A stretch of 32,000 nucleotides of DNA, taken from the NCBI GenBank assembly GCA_048886185.1, contig JBHLKY010000017.1, forward strand, positions 70,659 to 102,658. Direction: 5' to 3'. This DNA comes from Candidatus Hermodarchaeota archaeon (GTDB lineage Archaea; Asgardarchaeota; Heimdallarchaeia; Hodarchaeales; Hodarchaeaceae). The notes below the pieces were generated by a model that was not told the origin of the DNA, ran no database searches, and was given only the letters and a program-made list of their open reading frames with translations. Each line of letters starts with the position of its first letter. Position 1 is the first letter of the stretch. Positions 16,865 through 25,443 of this stretch are shown here, one piece after another. The position numbers and the translations under genes were made by a program.

Positions 16865-18511
16865 CTAGAATTCAGGAATAGGTATTTTAAAGCTTCCCAA
16901 ATGATGTCTCTTGGTACTATGAATCTCGACTTCCTCTATAATCAAAACTTTATTACTATAGATACTAAATATATTGTAAGTATTTCGTTTTTGAGATCGA
17001 ATTTTCTTCGAGGAGAAAGTTCCTGCATTCACAAAAACACTCTCTTCTACCTGTAGTACACCAGCAGAATGACCTAATCCTGACAATATCAAAGGAATTT
17101 TTTGGTGAGATATGAATTCAAGTACATCCCCTGCATCTTTTATTGTCCGTTCGAAAGCAGTTTGAGGTACAGGCATACAGGAATGATGCATCAACAAAAT
17201 AAAAATTCTATTATCCTTAAATTTATTAAAATCCTTATGTAAAAGATTTAGATTATGTCTACCTATAAGACCATTATCATCAGGACCAGTATTTATTCCA
17301 AAGATATGTATATGGTTTTCCACGTCATCATAAATAGGATTAAGAGATCCTATCTGATTATACCATAGCTTTTGGCCAAATGGTTGAAGATCACGCGTCC
17401 CTGGTACTAAAACTATCGGTTGATTCTTTTCTTTTAATATATTGAGGAAAATTTTTGCCATATTATAATCTTCTTCATAAGAATCATTGGTAATTCCTCC
17501 AGAATAAGCAATAACTGATGGTTTTTCATTAAGTACCATTTGAACACCTTTATTAAAGATATCTTCTTGGAAGTCTTTCCCCTCAGTGAAGTGAACACAA
17601 CTCATATGGCAAATCTTTGTAATAAGGTGTTTGGAAGGTTCGGAAGCAAAGTAGGAAGATATTTCTCCGTTTCTCAAAGGATGGGTGGAAGTAGTGGGCT
17701 TTTGGAAAATAGAATATTTGTCTATACCATGAAAATTAACATGAACCTCCTCATTAGAAATATTTAAGGTTAAATATACATGTCCAGCCTTACCACGTGT
17801 CTTATGACTGGAAAAAGTCCCATTGTTGATTAGTAACATTCTTCTTCTCCCATTTGAAATGTTAAAGCAATTAGGGAAATGACGGTGCCCTACAATAACA
17901 ATGTCAACTCCAGCTTCCCATAATACAGGGAGGACGTCTCCAGCATCACGAATCATGCTTCTCTCACGCCCAGTGTTAGGAATAGGTAATAGATGATGGT
18001 GGAACGTTAGTATCTTTATCACATCATCAGGATACGATGCAAGTCTAGCAAAAATCTCATCCTGTCCTCGAGCACCGATCCTCCCATTATTTGCATCAGG
18101 TTCCACAGAATCTATCCCAAGAATGACCACATTACCCCCTTTTTTCGTTGTATCAATAAAAAAATGTCGTGAACCGTATAAATCATGCCATATTTCACGT
18201 CCAATATTCCGAAAATCATGATTTCCTGGGATGTAGTGGATGATTGGTTGTTCTACTCCATGAGTAGCAAAAGTTCCCTTAATTAGTGCATTAGCATAAT
18301 TATAATCTTCTATGGTGCCTTGGTCAGTAATATCCCCTAGATTTAACAATATGATTTCAGGATATCGCCTCATCTCCTGCGCAATACTCATAATGCCATT
18401 AGTGAATGCTTCCTCATGAAAATACCCAGAAAATTTGCTAATATGGAGATCAGAAAAAACTATGATTCGCGTTGCATGATTTAGGTGTAAAGACAAGAAA
18501 TTTTCCACCAA
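16865..18511 (-). CDS. Tandem metallophosphoesterase (calcineurin-like, Icc/CpdA-type); N-terminal domain intact, C-terminal domain degenerate
   Basis: Domain 1: SDLH, GDITD, GNHD, HHH, GHRH. Domain 2 at the same positions: SCVH, GGITN, GTRD, HHS, GLGH. Confidence 0.85.
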   Translation of the reverse strand: MVENFLSLHLNHATRIIVFSDLHISKFSGYFHEEAFTNGIMSIAQEMRRYPEIILLNLGDITDQGTIEDYNYANALIKGTFATHGVEQPIIHYIPGNHDFRNIGREIWHDLYGSRHFFIDTTKKGGNVVILGIDSVEPDANNGRIGARGQDEIFARLASYPDDVIKILTFHHHLLPIPNTGRERSMIRDAGDVLPVLWEAGVDIVIVGHRHFPNCFNISNGRRRMLLINNGTFSSHKTRGKAGHVYLTLNISNEEVHVNFHGIDKYSIFQKPTTSTHPLRNGEISSYFASEPSKHLITKICHMSCVHFTEGKDFQEDIFNKGVQMVLNEKPSVIAYSGGITNDSYEEDYNMAKIFLNILKEKNQPIVLVPGTRDLQPFGQKLWYNQIGSLNPIYDDVENHIHIFGINTGPDDNGLIGRHNLNLLHKDFNKFKDNRIFILLMHHSCMPVPQTAFERTIKDAGDVLEFISHQKIPLILSGLGHSAGVLQVEESVFVNAGTFSSKKIRSQKRNTYNIFSIYSNKVLIIEEVEIHSTKRHHLGSFKIPIPEF

Positions 18512-18748
18512 TTACAATTTATTTATCTGGAGATAAGGCTTCAAATATTTAAGTGTTAGTCGATATTTTTACTACATATCCGAATTGATTTTTATTTTTC
18601 TGTTTAGGATATTAATGACAAAGAAGGTCAAAGTCAAACATATAAATTGTTTAGAAGAAATGAGTTTAATAAGATGATACTTAAGTTATTAAAGAGAAAT
18701 AATCCTAACATACAAGTCTGAAGTTACCTAATTTAAGTTTGGATAGTT

Positions 18749-20662
18749 ATGAAAATGGCAATAGCAGGAAGTCGAAGCAGATTAAGGGGTAAAGGAATAG
18801 CTGTAATAGCTATTTTAATAGTTCTGCTTCTGATCTTAGGATCAGGACCAATAATTCAATCAGTAATACTCAAAACTAGATTCATTAGTTCATCAAGGGA
18901 ACCAGGTCAAATTAACAAAGTTGAATTGATGCCTAATCTTCCTGATCCATTTCACATGCGAGATTGGAAGCAGGTAGCCCAAGATTATGACGCCTTCGTC
19001 TTTAACTTCAATAAAACAGGTGATTATTTACCATTAATTAGCTGGGATAGAAGTTACCCAAACTTTGCCAGAGACACTTTCAGTATGCCTTCATTCGTTG
19101 GCCGATCTATGGCAGATGAGGCAATAAACTGTATGGCTGCAGTATTGAGCGCCACACTTGTTGGAATCGATAAGAGTAATCAAAGTGGTTATAACTGGGT
19201 TGAAATGTGTGAAAATTGGTATAATATTGATTCAGGAGAATACATTTATCTAAATAATAGACATGCGGATTCAGGTACCAGTTTTTGGTATGTATTATTC
19301 CCTAATTTGATATTTTATCAATTAGCTTATTATTATCCTGAAACTGGAGATTTCCAAAATGAGATTCGTATGGTTGCAGATCGATGGTACAACGCTTGTG
19401 TTGAAATGGGCGGAAAAACAGATCCTTGGAGAATCCCCGACTTTTTTTATACAGCCTTTGACTTTGATACAATGAACCCAGTGTATAATGGAAAATGGAG
19501 GGAACCAGATGCGGCAGCAGCCATCGCTTGGCTGGAATATATGGCATATTGCATTGATGGAGATCCTAAATATTTGACTGCGGCCAAGTGGTGTGTACAA
19601 TACTTGACTAAATTAACTTTCAATCCTCTATATGAGATACTACTTCCATATGGAGCATATATCGCCACACGTATGAATGCAGAACTTGGTAGAGCTTATG
19701 ACATCAATAAAATTATTAATTGGTGCTTTGGTCCAGGGGATTATAGAGCTCGGTCTGGTTGGGGAGTCATCACAGAGAACTGGGGAGGGTCTGACTGCCA
19801 TGGTCTGCATGGGAGTATAACAGATGGAGGAGGTTATGCGTTTTTAATGGGAACCTTTGAGAATGTTGGTTGTTTAGTTCCTATTGTTAGATATGATGAT
19901 CGATATGCTCGTGCCATAGGGAAGTATGTACTTAATGCCGCTAATGCTGCACGATTGCTTTACGGAAATGGTTTAGATGCAGACCACCAAGACAGTGAGG
20001 AATGGATCGAATCATATGACCCAACTTACTGTATTGGATATGAAGGGCTCCGTAAAACGTGGAATGATGTTAGTCCCTTCGCTACAGGCGACGCAATAAG
20101 ATCAGGATGGGGGCCAACCAACTTAGGACTTTATGGAAGTTCACATGTAGGTATTTTTGGTGGAATTATTGCACCAACGAATGATGAAAAAATTCTGCAA
20201 CTCGACTGTCTTAAGACAGATTATTATCATGATGAGGCTTATCCCACATTTCTTTACTACAATCCTTATGATGTAACAAAAACGGTAGAAATTGATTTGG
20301 GTTCAGATAGGAAAAGCCTTTATGATACTGTATCTGAAAATTTCTTAGCCACAAATGTTTCAGGCATTACATCTTTTCAAATTCCCTCTGATTCGGCTGC
20401 AGTTGTTGTTGTTGCCCCTGCTGATGGAGATATAACTTATCAAGGAACCAGGACACTTTTTAATAATATTACAATTGACTATGAGCCTGTTACAGAAGTG
20501 GATGCTAGTACATGGCCCCTGGAGACAACAACTTTTGCAGAAAATACAACAAGCTTAGAATCAAAATCAACATCAGGTACAAAAACAAGTCCTTATCCTA
20601 ACTTTGTGGTTATTTTTGCGGTTTTGGGAATTTTAGCATTTTTCTTGCGCAAAAAAAAGTAA
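18749..20662 (+). CDS. Secreted, C-terminally anchored protein of unassigned family (possible helical-barrel carbohydrate-active enzyme)
   Basis: N-terminal signal/TM, a ~530-aa aromatic- and acid-rich core (EPDAAAAIAW, NPLYEILLPYG, YDDRYARAIGKY, IGYEGLRK), a Thr/Ser linker and a YPNF-TM-RKKK tail. The CDS is certain; the function is a guess. Confidence 0.6.
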   Translation: MKMAIAGSRSRLRGKGIAVIAILIVLLLILGSGPIIQSVILKTRFISSSREPGQINKVELMPNLPDPFHMRDWKQVAQDYDAFVFNFNKTGDYLPLISWDRSYPNFARDTFSMPSFVGRSMADEAINCMAAVLSATLVGIDKSNQSGYNWVEMCENWYNIDSGEYIYLNNRHADSGTSFWYVLFPNLIFYQLAYYYPETGDFQNEIRMVADRWYNACVEMGGKTDPWRIPDFFYTAFDFDTMNPVYNGKWREPDAAAAIAWLEYMAYCIDGDPKYLTAAKWCVQYLTKLTFNPLYEILLPYGAYIATRMNAELGRAYDINKIINWCFGPGDYRARSGWGVITENWGGSDCHGLHGSITDGGGYAFLMGTFENVGCLVPIVRYDDRYARAIGKYVLNAANAARLLYGNGLDADHQDSEEWIESYDPTYCIGYEGLRKTWNDVSPFATGDAIRSGWGPTNLGLYGSSHVGIFGGIIAPTNDEKILQLDCLKTDYYHDEAYPTFLYYNPYDVTKTVEIDLGSDRKSLYDTVSENFLATNVSGITSFQIPSDSAAVVVVAPADGDITYQGTRTLFNNITIDYEPVTEVDASTWPLETTTFAENTTSLESKSTSGTKTSPYPNFVVIFAVLGILAFFLRKKK

Positions 20663-20738
20663 TTGATTGGATTATTTAAGATAATTCTCTGCGATTTCTT
20701 TAGTATCATTTAAAACAATGAAATGTAAACAGGGGAAT

Positions 20739-21491
20739 ATGTCACTAGAATCAATTATTGATACATTCAGAATTGTTATCTACTTTATTTTGACCTTGGC
20801 AATACTCCTGGTATCTTTTTTTCCTGAAGGGTGGCTTCTCTATTATTATTTGGTGGAAGAACCCGAAATAATCCATTGTCTTTTAGCTCCACTGTACTTC
20901 TTTGTAACATATTGCGTAACGGTGATATTTTTCGGTGTGGTCCATTCACAAATTGTTATAAGACTCACTCTACCGTATCAAATCAAACCAGGTAATTATC
21001 CTCATCATTCAAGTAAAGGAAGATTAATCGCAATTCGCTTAACTGCAGATGGCATTTTTAAAAGTATGATTAAGGTCTTTACACCACTTCCCTTTGTTTG
21101 GGGAGTTTTTCTCTTTCCATATCTAATGAGATTATATGGTCTTAAATGTGGAAAAAATGTTCATATTGCCACAAACACATGGATTGACTGCCCATTAGTG
21201 GAAATAGGAGATAATACATTCGTAGGATGGAATTCGGTTCTTTCAGGACACGCAAATGAGAATAGAGAATTTATTATTGAACCAGTAAAAATTGGAAAGA
21301 ATTGTACCATTGGATCATACTGTGTAGTTGCCCCAGGTGTTGAAGTAGGTGATAACACACTTTTAGGTCTTATGAGTGGATGGAAAAAAGGAACTAAAGT
21401 CCCTTCCAATGGAATATGGGTTGGTACTCCAGCAAAGTTGTTGAAGAAAAGAAATTTGAATGAAGAGAATGATCATGAACGCACCAAATGA
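20739..21491 (+). CDS. Membrane-bound hexapeptide-repeat (left-handed beta-helix) acyltransferase-like protein
   Basis: Three hydrophobic N-terminal segments, then GLKCGKNVHI, VEIGDNTFVG, VKIGKNCTIG, VEVGDNTLLG, IWVGTPAK. AGGGGA precedes ATG 20739. Confidence 0.8.
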   Translation: MSLESIIDTFRIVIYFILTLAILLVSFFPEGWLLYYYLVEEPEIIHCLLAPLYFFVTYCVTVIFFGVVHSQIVIRLTLPYQIKPGNYPHHSSKGRLIAIRLTADGIFKSMIKVFTPLPFVWGVFLFPYLMRLYGLKCGKNVHIATNTWIDCPLVEIGDNTFVGWNSVLSGHANENREFIIEPVKIGKNCTIGSYCVVAPGVEVGDNTLLGLMSGWKKGTKVPSNGIWVGTPAKLLKKRNLNEENDHERTK

Positions 21492-22365
21492 TAATATGAG
21501 CTACAATACGACATTTTCTTTACATAATGACAAACTACTTGGATTTGCCGAATTTGGAGCCAAAAATGGATTCCCAGTTTTTCATTTTCACAGTACTGGG
21601 AGTTCACGTTTTGAGGGAGAACTCTTTGATAAATTGGGAAAAGAAAAAAAAATCAGAATTATTGGAGTTGATAGACCAGGATTTGGTCTCTCTGAATTTC
21701 AGGCAAGAGAACTACTAGACTGGCCAAATACACTTCTAGAACTAGTAGATTTCTTGGAAATCGATAATTTCTCTGTAATGGGTATTTCAGGTGGGGGTCC
21801 ACACGCTATTGCTTGTGCATACAGTCTTTCTGATAAATTAGAAAATTGTATAGCGATAGGTTCTCCTGGGCCACCAGAGATTGGAAATAAGTATTTTCCT
21901 CGGTTAGTAAGATTACAGGGATGGATCTTCAAGCATTTTCCGTTTTTTTATGTCCAATACATGAAAAGGATATTAAAGATAAGTTCTAATCCAGTAAGTT
22001 TGAAGAGTTTCGTTCAAAGATTTAAAAAGCGATATCCACCTGCTGATGCTAAATTTATACTTGAAGATCAGGGGGAGTATCTACCTATCATTTCAAGGGC
22101 TATCAAGGAGGGTACACGAGAGTCGTTTAATGGTGCTGTTCAAGAAATGAAGATTTTCTCGTCTTCTTGGGGATTCAATTTGAAAGACATTTCTGCGAAA
22201 CAAAAAGTTGTCCTTTGGCACGGAGAAGATGATATGACATATAAAGCTGCTCAAGAAATAAGTGAGCTTATTCCCAACTGTGTACAGAAATTTTTTCAAG
22301 GTGAAGGCCATTTTTCGGTTTTTATTAATCATTTAGATAAAATTCTTGATGAGATTATTTCATAA
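21460..22365 (+). CDS. Alpha/beta fold hydrolase
   Basis: FHSTGSSR, VDRPGFGLS, nucleophile GISGGGP, WHGEDD and GEGHFS triad. Overlaps the upstream gene. Confidence 0.9.
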   Translation: MKRMIMNAPNDNMSYNTTFSLHNDKLLGFAEFGAKNGFPVFHFHSTGSSRFEGELFDKLGKEKKIRIIGVDRPGFGLSEFQARELLDWPNTLLELVDFLEIDNFSVMGISGGGPHAIACAYSLSDKLENCIAIGSPGPPEIGNKYFPRLVRLQGWIFKHFPFFYVQYMKRILKISSNPVSLKSFVQRFKKRYPPADAKFILEDQGEYLPIISRAIKEGTRESFNGAVQEMKIFSSSWGFNLKDISAKQKVVLWHGEDDMTYKAAQEISELIPNCVQKFFQGEGHFSVFINHLDKILDEIIS

Positions 22366-22581
22366 TCGATACAATGAAAGCAAGAAACCTTTTTTTGGAA
22401 CCGAATCAGCGATTAAAATATGGGAAATAATTGTTGCATGTTCGATAAAGAGAAAAAGATAGATTTACAAAATAATTAGCAAGAGAGAGCTAATAAGGCA
22501 AAACTCTTAAAGATAGAAATTGCTGTATAGGTAATCTCATTTCAATTCCTTAAATGATGTTTCATTATAGAGTGTACTTCA

Positions 22582-23334
22582 ATGATAGGCATTGAGATAA
22601 CTAGTAAAGAGAGTGGGATCCCCCTTTTTACACATGAATTTAGACCTGATACATTGTTTACAGATAGTGATATCAGAGCAGGGTTAATTACCGCGATCAT
22701 GCGTGTTATGGGTGAGACATTTGGTCGACAAGAGACAAGAATAGTCAATTATGGTCAATACAATGCAATCCTTGCTGAGGGAGAATTTGTCTATGGAGTT
22801 CTTTTTACCTATCAAATTGGGCCTATTTTTGAAAAATTTATAGCTGAATTGGTATCAAAATTCGAGGAGAGATTTCGTCCAAAACTCGAAAAATTATCAT
22901 CACCAGAATCAATAATTGAACCAGCAGAATTTGATTTTGCCGAAGAATGTTTTGAAGCTTATAATTCATTGCTTCATATTGATGAGACGAAACTAAGAAA
23001 GCTTTTAGACATAATTCATGGCTACCAAGACAGAATTTTTGAAAATATGATCATTTATTTACGCCCTGAAATGAGTCAAATCTATACGCATCTTGTCAGT
23101 GAAAAATTCAGTGTATATAGTAATGAGGTGTCGACAGCGATAAAAACTGTTTTGGATTTATCAAATCGTACTTCATTTCCAATCGAAAATTTTCAAATTG
23201 AATTATCCAAGAATTTTCACTGTCTCATGTTTAATATTTTTCCTTATACCCTTGTAATCTTTGTAGATGAGGACAAATTAGACACAACACAATGGAGAAT
23301 TAAAGAAATTATTAAAGCATTTGTTAAAGGTTAG
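22582..23334 (+). CDS. Longin-like plus Roadblock/LC7-like domain protein (Asgard-type eukaryotic-signature-like)
   Basis: The N half has a longin-like pattern (IGIEITS-SGIPLF...DIRAGLITAIMRVMGE...IVNYG-NAILAEG-VYGVLF...FIAELVSKFEERF). The C half has the roadblock-like alpha-beta2-alpha-beta3-alpha order. Fold inferred by eye. Confidence 0.55.
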   Translation: MIGIEITSKESGIPLFTHEFRPDTLFTDSDIRAGLITAIMRVMGETFGRQETRIVNYGQYNAILAEGEFVYGVLFTYQIGPIFEKFIAELVSKFEERFRPKLEKLSSPESIIEPAEFDFAEECFEAYNSLLHIDETKLRKLLDIIHGYQDRIFENMIIYLRPEMSQIYTHLVSEKFSVYSNEVSTAIKTVLDLSNRTSFPIENFQIELSKNFHCLMFNIFPYTLVIFVDEDKLDTTQWRIKEIIKAFVKG

Positions 23335-23465
23335 AAGAAAACTCAGTTTTCTTCATTATTCCAATATCAATATTAAAACAGCTTTTATTAACCAGATATT
23401 AATAATGAAAACCAAGGATCATTTATTGAGAATTTTGAGGCTGAAATAAAAAAGGACAACAGAAA

Positions 23466-23894
23466 ATGAAAACAACTCGTCATGAAGCCTTATTCATACT
23501 AGGACACAAATTCGGTGAACTCTCCCGTGAGATTGAGTTAGTGATAGAAACAGCAGAGCGAGAAGAAAAACGAGAAAGACATCAGATTAAAGTAATTCGT
23601 ATCTATGACTCCCTAAGGTATATTCATGATGAATTAAAACAATTAGGTGTTTCAGAGGAAATCCAAAGAGATCTCTCTTTATATTTGAATACTCTTGCGA
23701 AAAACTATAGTGAGATCAGAAATAGGATTGTTGAAGAAGAAAAACAAGAAACAGAGACTGAAATGATCGTTAGTAAATTAAAACGGAGATTTCAAAGGAA
23801 AAATCTGGATCTTAAACCAAATGAGGTTGCTGACCTAAGTGTGAAATTAAAAATATGGAAAGATAAGATGATATTAGAATTATTGAAATCTTAA
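23466..23894 (+). CDS. Hypothetical all-alpha/coiled-coil protein
   Basis: 142-aa ORF, highly charged with helical periodicity; no motif recognised. Confidence 0.6.
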   Translation: MKTTRHEALFILGHKFGELSREIELVIETAEREEKRERHQIKVIRIYDSLRYIHDELKQLGVSEEIQRDLSLYLNTLAKNYSEIRNRIVEEEKQETETEMIVSKLKRRFQRKNLDLKPNEVADLSVKLKIWKDKMILELLKS

Positions 23895-23936
23895 GTTAGT
23901 ATGAAAAAATAGTCCTATATACTAAAAAAAAACCTA

Positions 23937-24458
23937 CTAATCCTGATATAGACGAGGATCAACATATTTCCAGTTATTATTCCTATTCCTGAAATTATCC
24001 CTTTCTTCTTCAGTTGTCTGAAAAAATTCTAGGGTACACTTATCATCTCCACAAGCTTCACAGGTAGTATGAATCAACTTCTTCCCGGGATCGGAATCCA
24101 TACTTCTAGCTGCATCAACATAGCAATAAAGGCGACCCAAGTTTAATTCATTGAATTGTTTGAATACCTTTGCCAGATTACATCCTGAAACAATAAAACG
24201 TCCAGCCTCATCTTGATAAATTTCACCAGAATAAACACCCCATTTTGGAAGGTCAGATCCACCTCTCTTTACTGTTTCGTTAATCCTCTGTCCATATTCT
24301 ATAATAGCTTTGATTACTAATTCTGACCCCTTTTCATCACCAAATTCCTCAACTAAAACATTTGCAAATGATAAATGTAATAGCGCAAGCCTAGTAATAG
24401 CTGTTTTTACTTCCTTTATTGCTTCGTCTAATGGAACAACTTTAGTTTTATTAGCCAT
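23937..24458 (-). CDS. L-2-amino-thiazoline-4-carboxylic acid hydrolase (ATC_hydrolase)-like family protein
   Basis: RLALLHLSFANVLVEEFG...AIIEYG...GCNLAKVF...LGRLYCYVD...HTTCEACGDDKC Cys pattern. Confidence 0.7.
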   Translation of the reverse strand: MANKTKVVPLDEAIKEVKTAITRLALLHLSFANVLVEEFGDEKGSELVIKAIIEYGQRINETVKRGGSDLPKWGVYSGEIYQDEAGRFIVSGCNLAKVFKQFNELNLGRLYCYVDAARSMDSDPGKKLIHTTCEACGDDKCTLEFFQTTEEERDNFRNRNNNWKYVDPRLYQD

Positions 24459-24520
24459 TGATAAGGACTCTCCTGTTTGGAAATTCTACTTTAAAGCCAT
24501 AAAAAGTGTATATTGATTAT

Positions 24521-25162
24521 TTATTCGAGTATATCTAATAATTTAACTAAATTCGGAATTACTATATCAGCGTTTTTTGTTAAATTCTCAGGTATTTTGT
24601 AGTCTTTTCTCCAAACAAGAACTGGGATGACACCTGCAGCTTGAGCAGATAATAAATCATTAAGCGAATCTCCAATGAATAAAACCTTTTTCAGCTCTGA
24701 GCTTAGATTTAATTTACTTAACGCAAAATTGATTGGATCAGGAAATGGTTTCCCTCTCTCAGTAAGATCTGCTCCAATTATTTCAGTAAAAAAATGTTTA
24801 ATTTTATTTTGCTCTAATATTTGACGTGCTTCTTCCGTTTTTGCTCCAGTGACAATACAAAGAGGAATAGATTTGTTTTTCATCCACTCAAGAACAATTA
24901 AAACATCTTCAAATAATGGGAGATACATATTTTCTAGATATAGATCAAAAGCTGCTTCATACTCTTGATGGAATTCTGTCGGAATACCCATATTTTGAGG
25001 TATTACTTCCGCAGGTTGACCCATTAATCTTATAAGTTTATTTTCATCCCATTCAATGAAAGGACATATTTTCTCATGAGCTATTTTCCATGCTTGAATG
25101 ATAATTGGTTCACTATCAATAATAGTGCCATCCAAATCGAACAAAATAGCTATAGGAATCAA
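24521..25162 (-). CDS. HAD-superfamily hydrolase, subfamily IA (phosphoglycolate phosphatase-like)
   Basis: FDLDGT, IVTG, GKPFPDP and FIGDSLND motifs. TTG start. Confidence 0.9.
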   Translation of the reverse strand: MIPIAILFDLDGTIIDSEPIIIQAWKIAHEKICPFIEWDENKLIRLMGQPAEVIPQNMGIPTEFHQEYEAAFDLYLENMYLPLFEDVLIVLEWMKNKSIPLCIVTGAKTEEARQILEQNKIKHFFTEIIGADLTERGKPFPDPINFALSKLNLSSELKKVLFIGDSLNDLLSAQAAGVIPVLVWRKDYKIPENLTKNADIVIPNLVKLLDILE

Positions 25163-25443
25163 ACTATCATTCCATTCCTAAAATTAATTAAGTTAGAACC
25201 CTTAATCAATGATTCTTCTTAAATTCCCTGTCGAAATAGGAATTTACAATTTAGATTAGAGATTAATCGTATCTTTATGATGTATTTTTAAAAGATTGAG
25301 GATTAGATAACAAAAATAGAAAATGGAAAAAGAGAAATCTCAAGCAGATATTATAAAAGTTGATAATAGAATCTTTATAGGAATCTTAGTCATAATTTTC
25401 GATGCAATTGTTTATTATGTGCTTTAGGAGGGGGCAAAGACGA

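Noticed and set aside
698-24516. Short ORFs in the track that overlap longer genes (698-907, 1936-2184, 3425-3613, 5790-5984, 6219-6401, 6464-6673, 7042-7242, 15914-16261, 17540-17767, 19302-19668, 21161-21409, 21527-21718, 21699-21932, 22093-22332, 22542-22748, 24310-24516)
   Set aside because: Antisense or out-of-frame shadows of well-supported genes, with no recognisable motifs.
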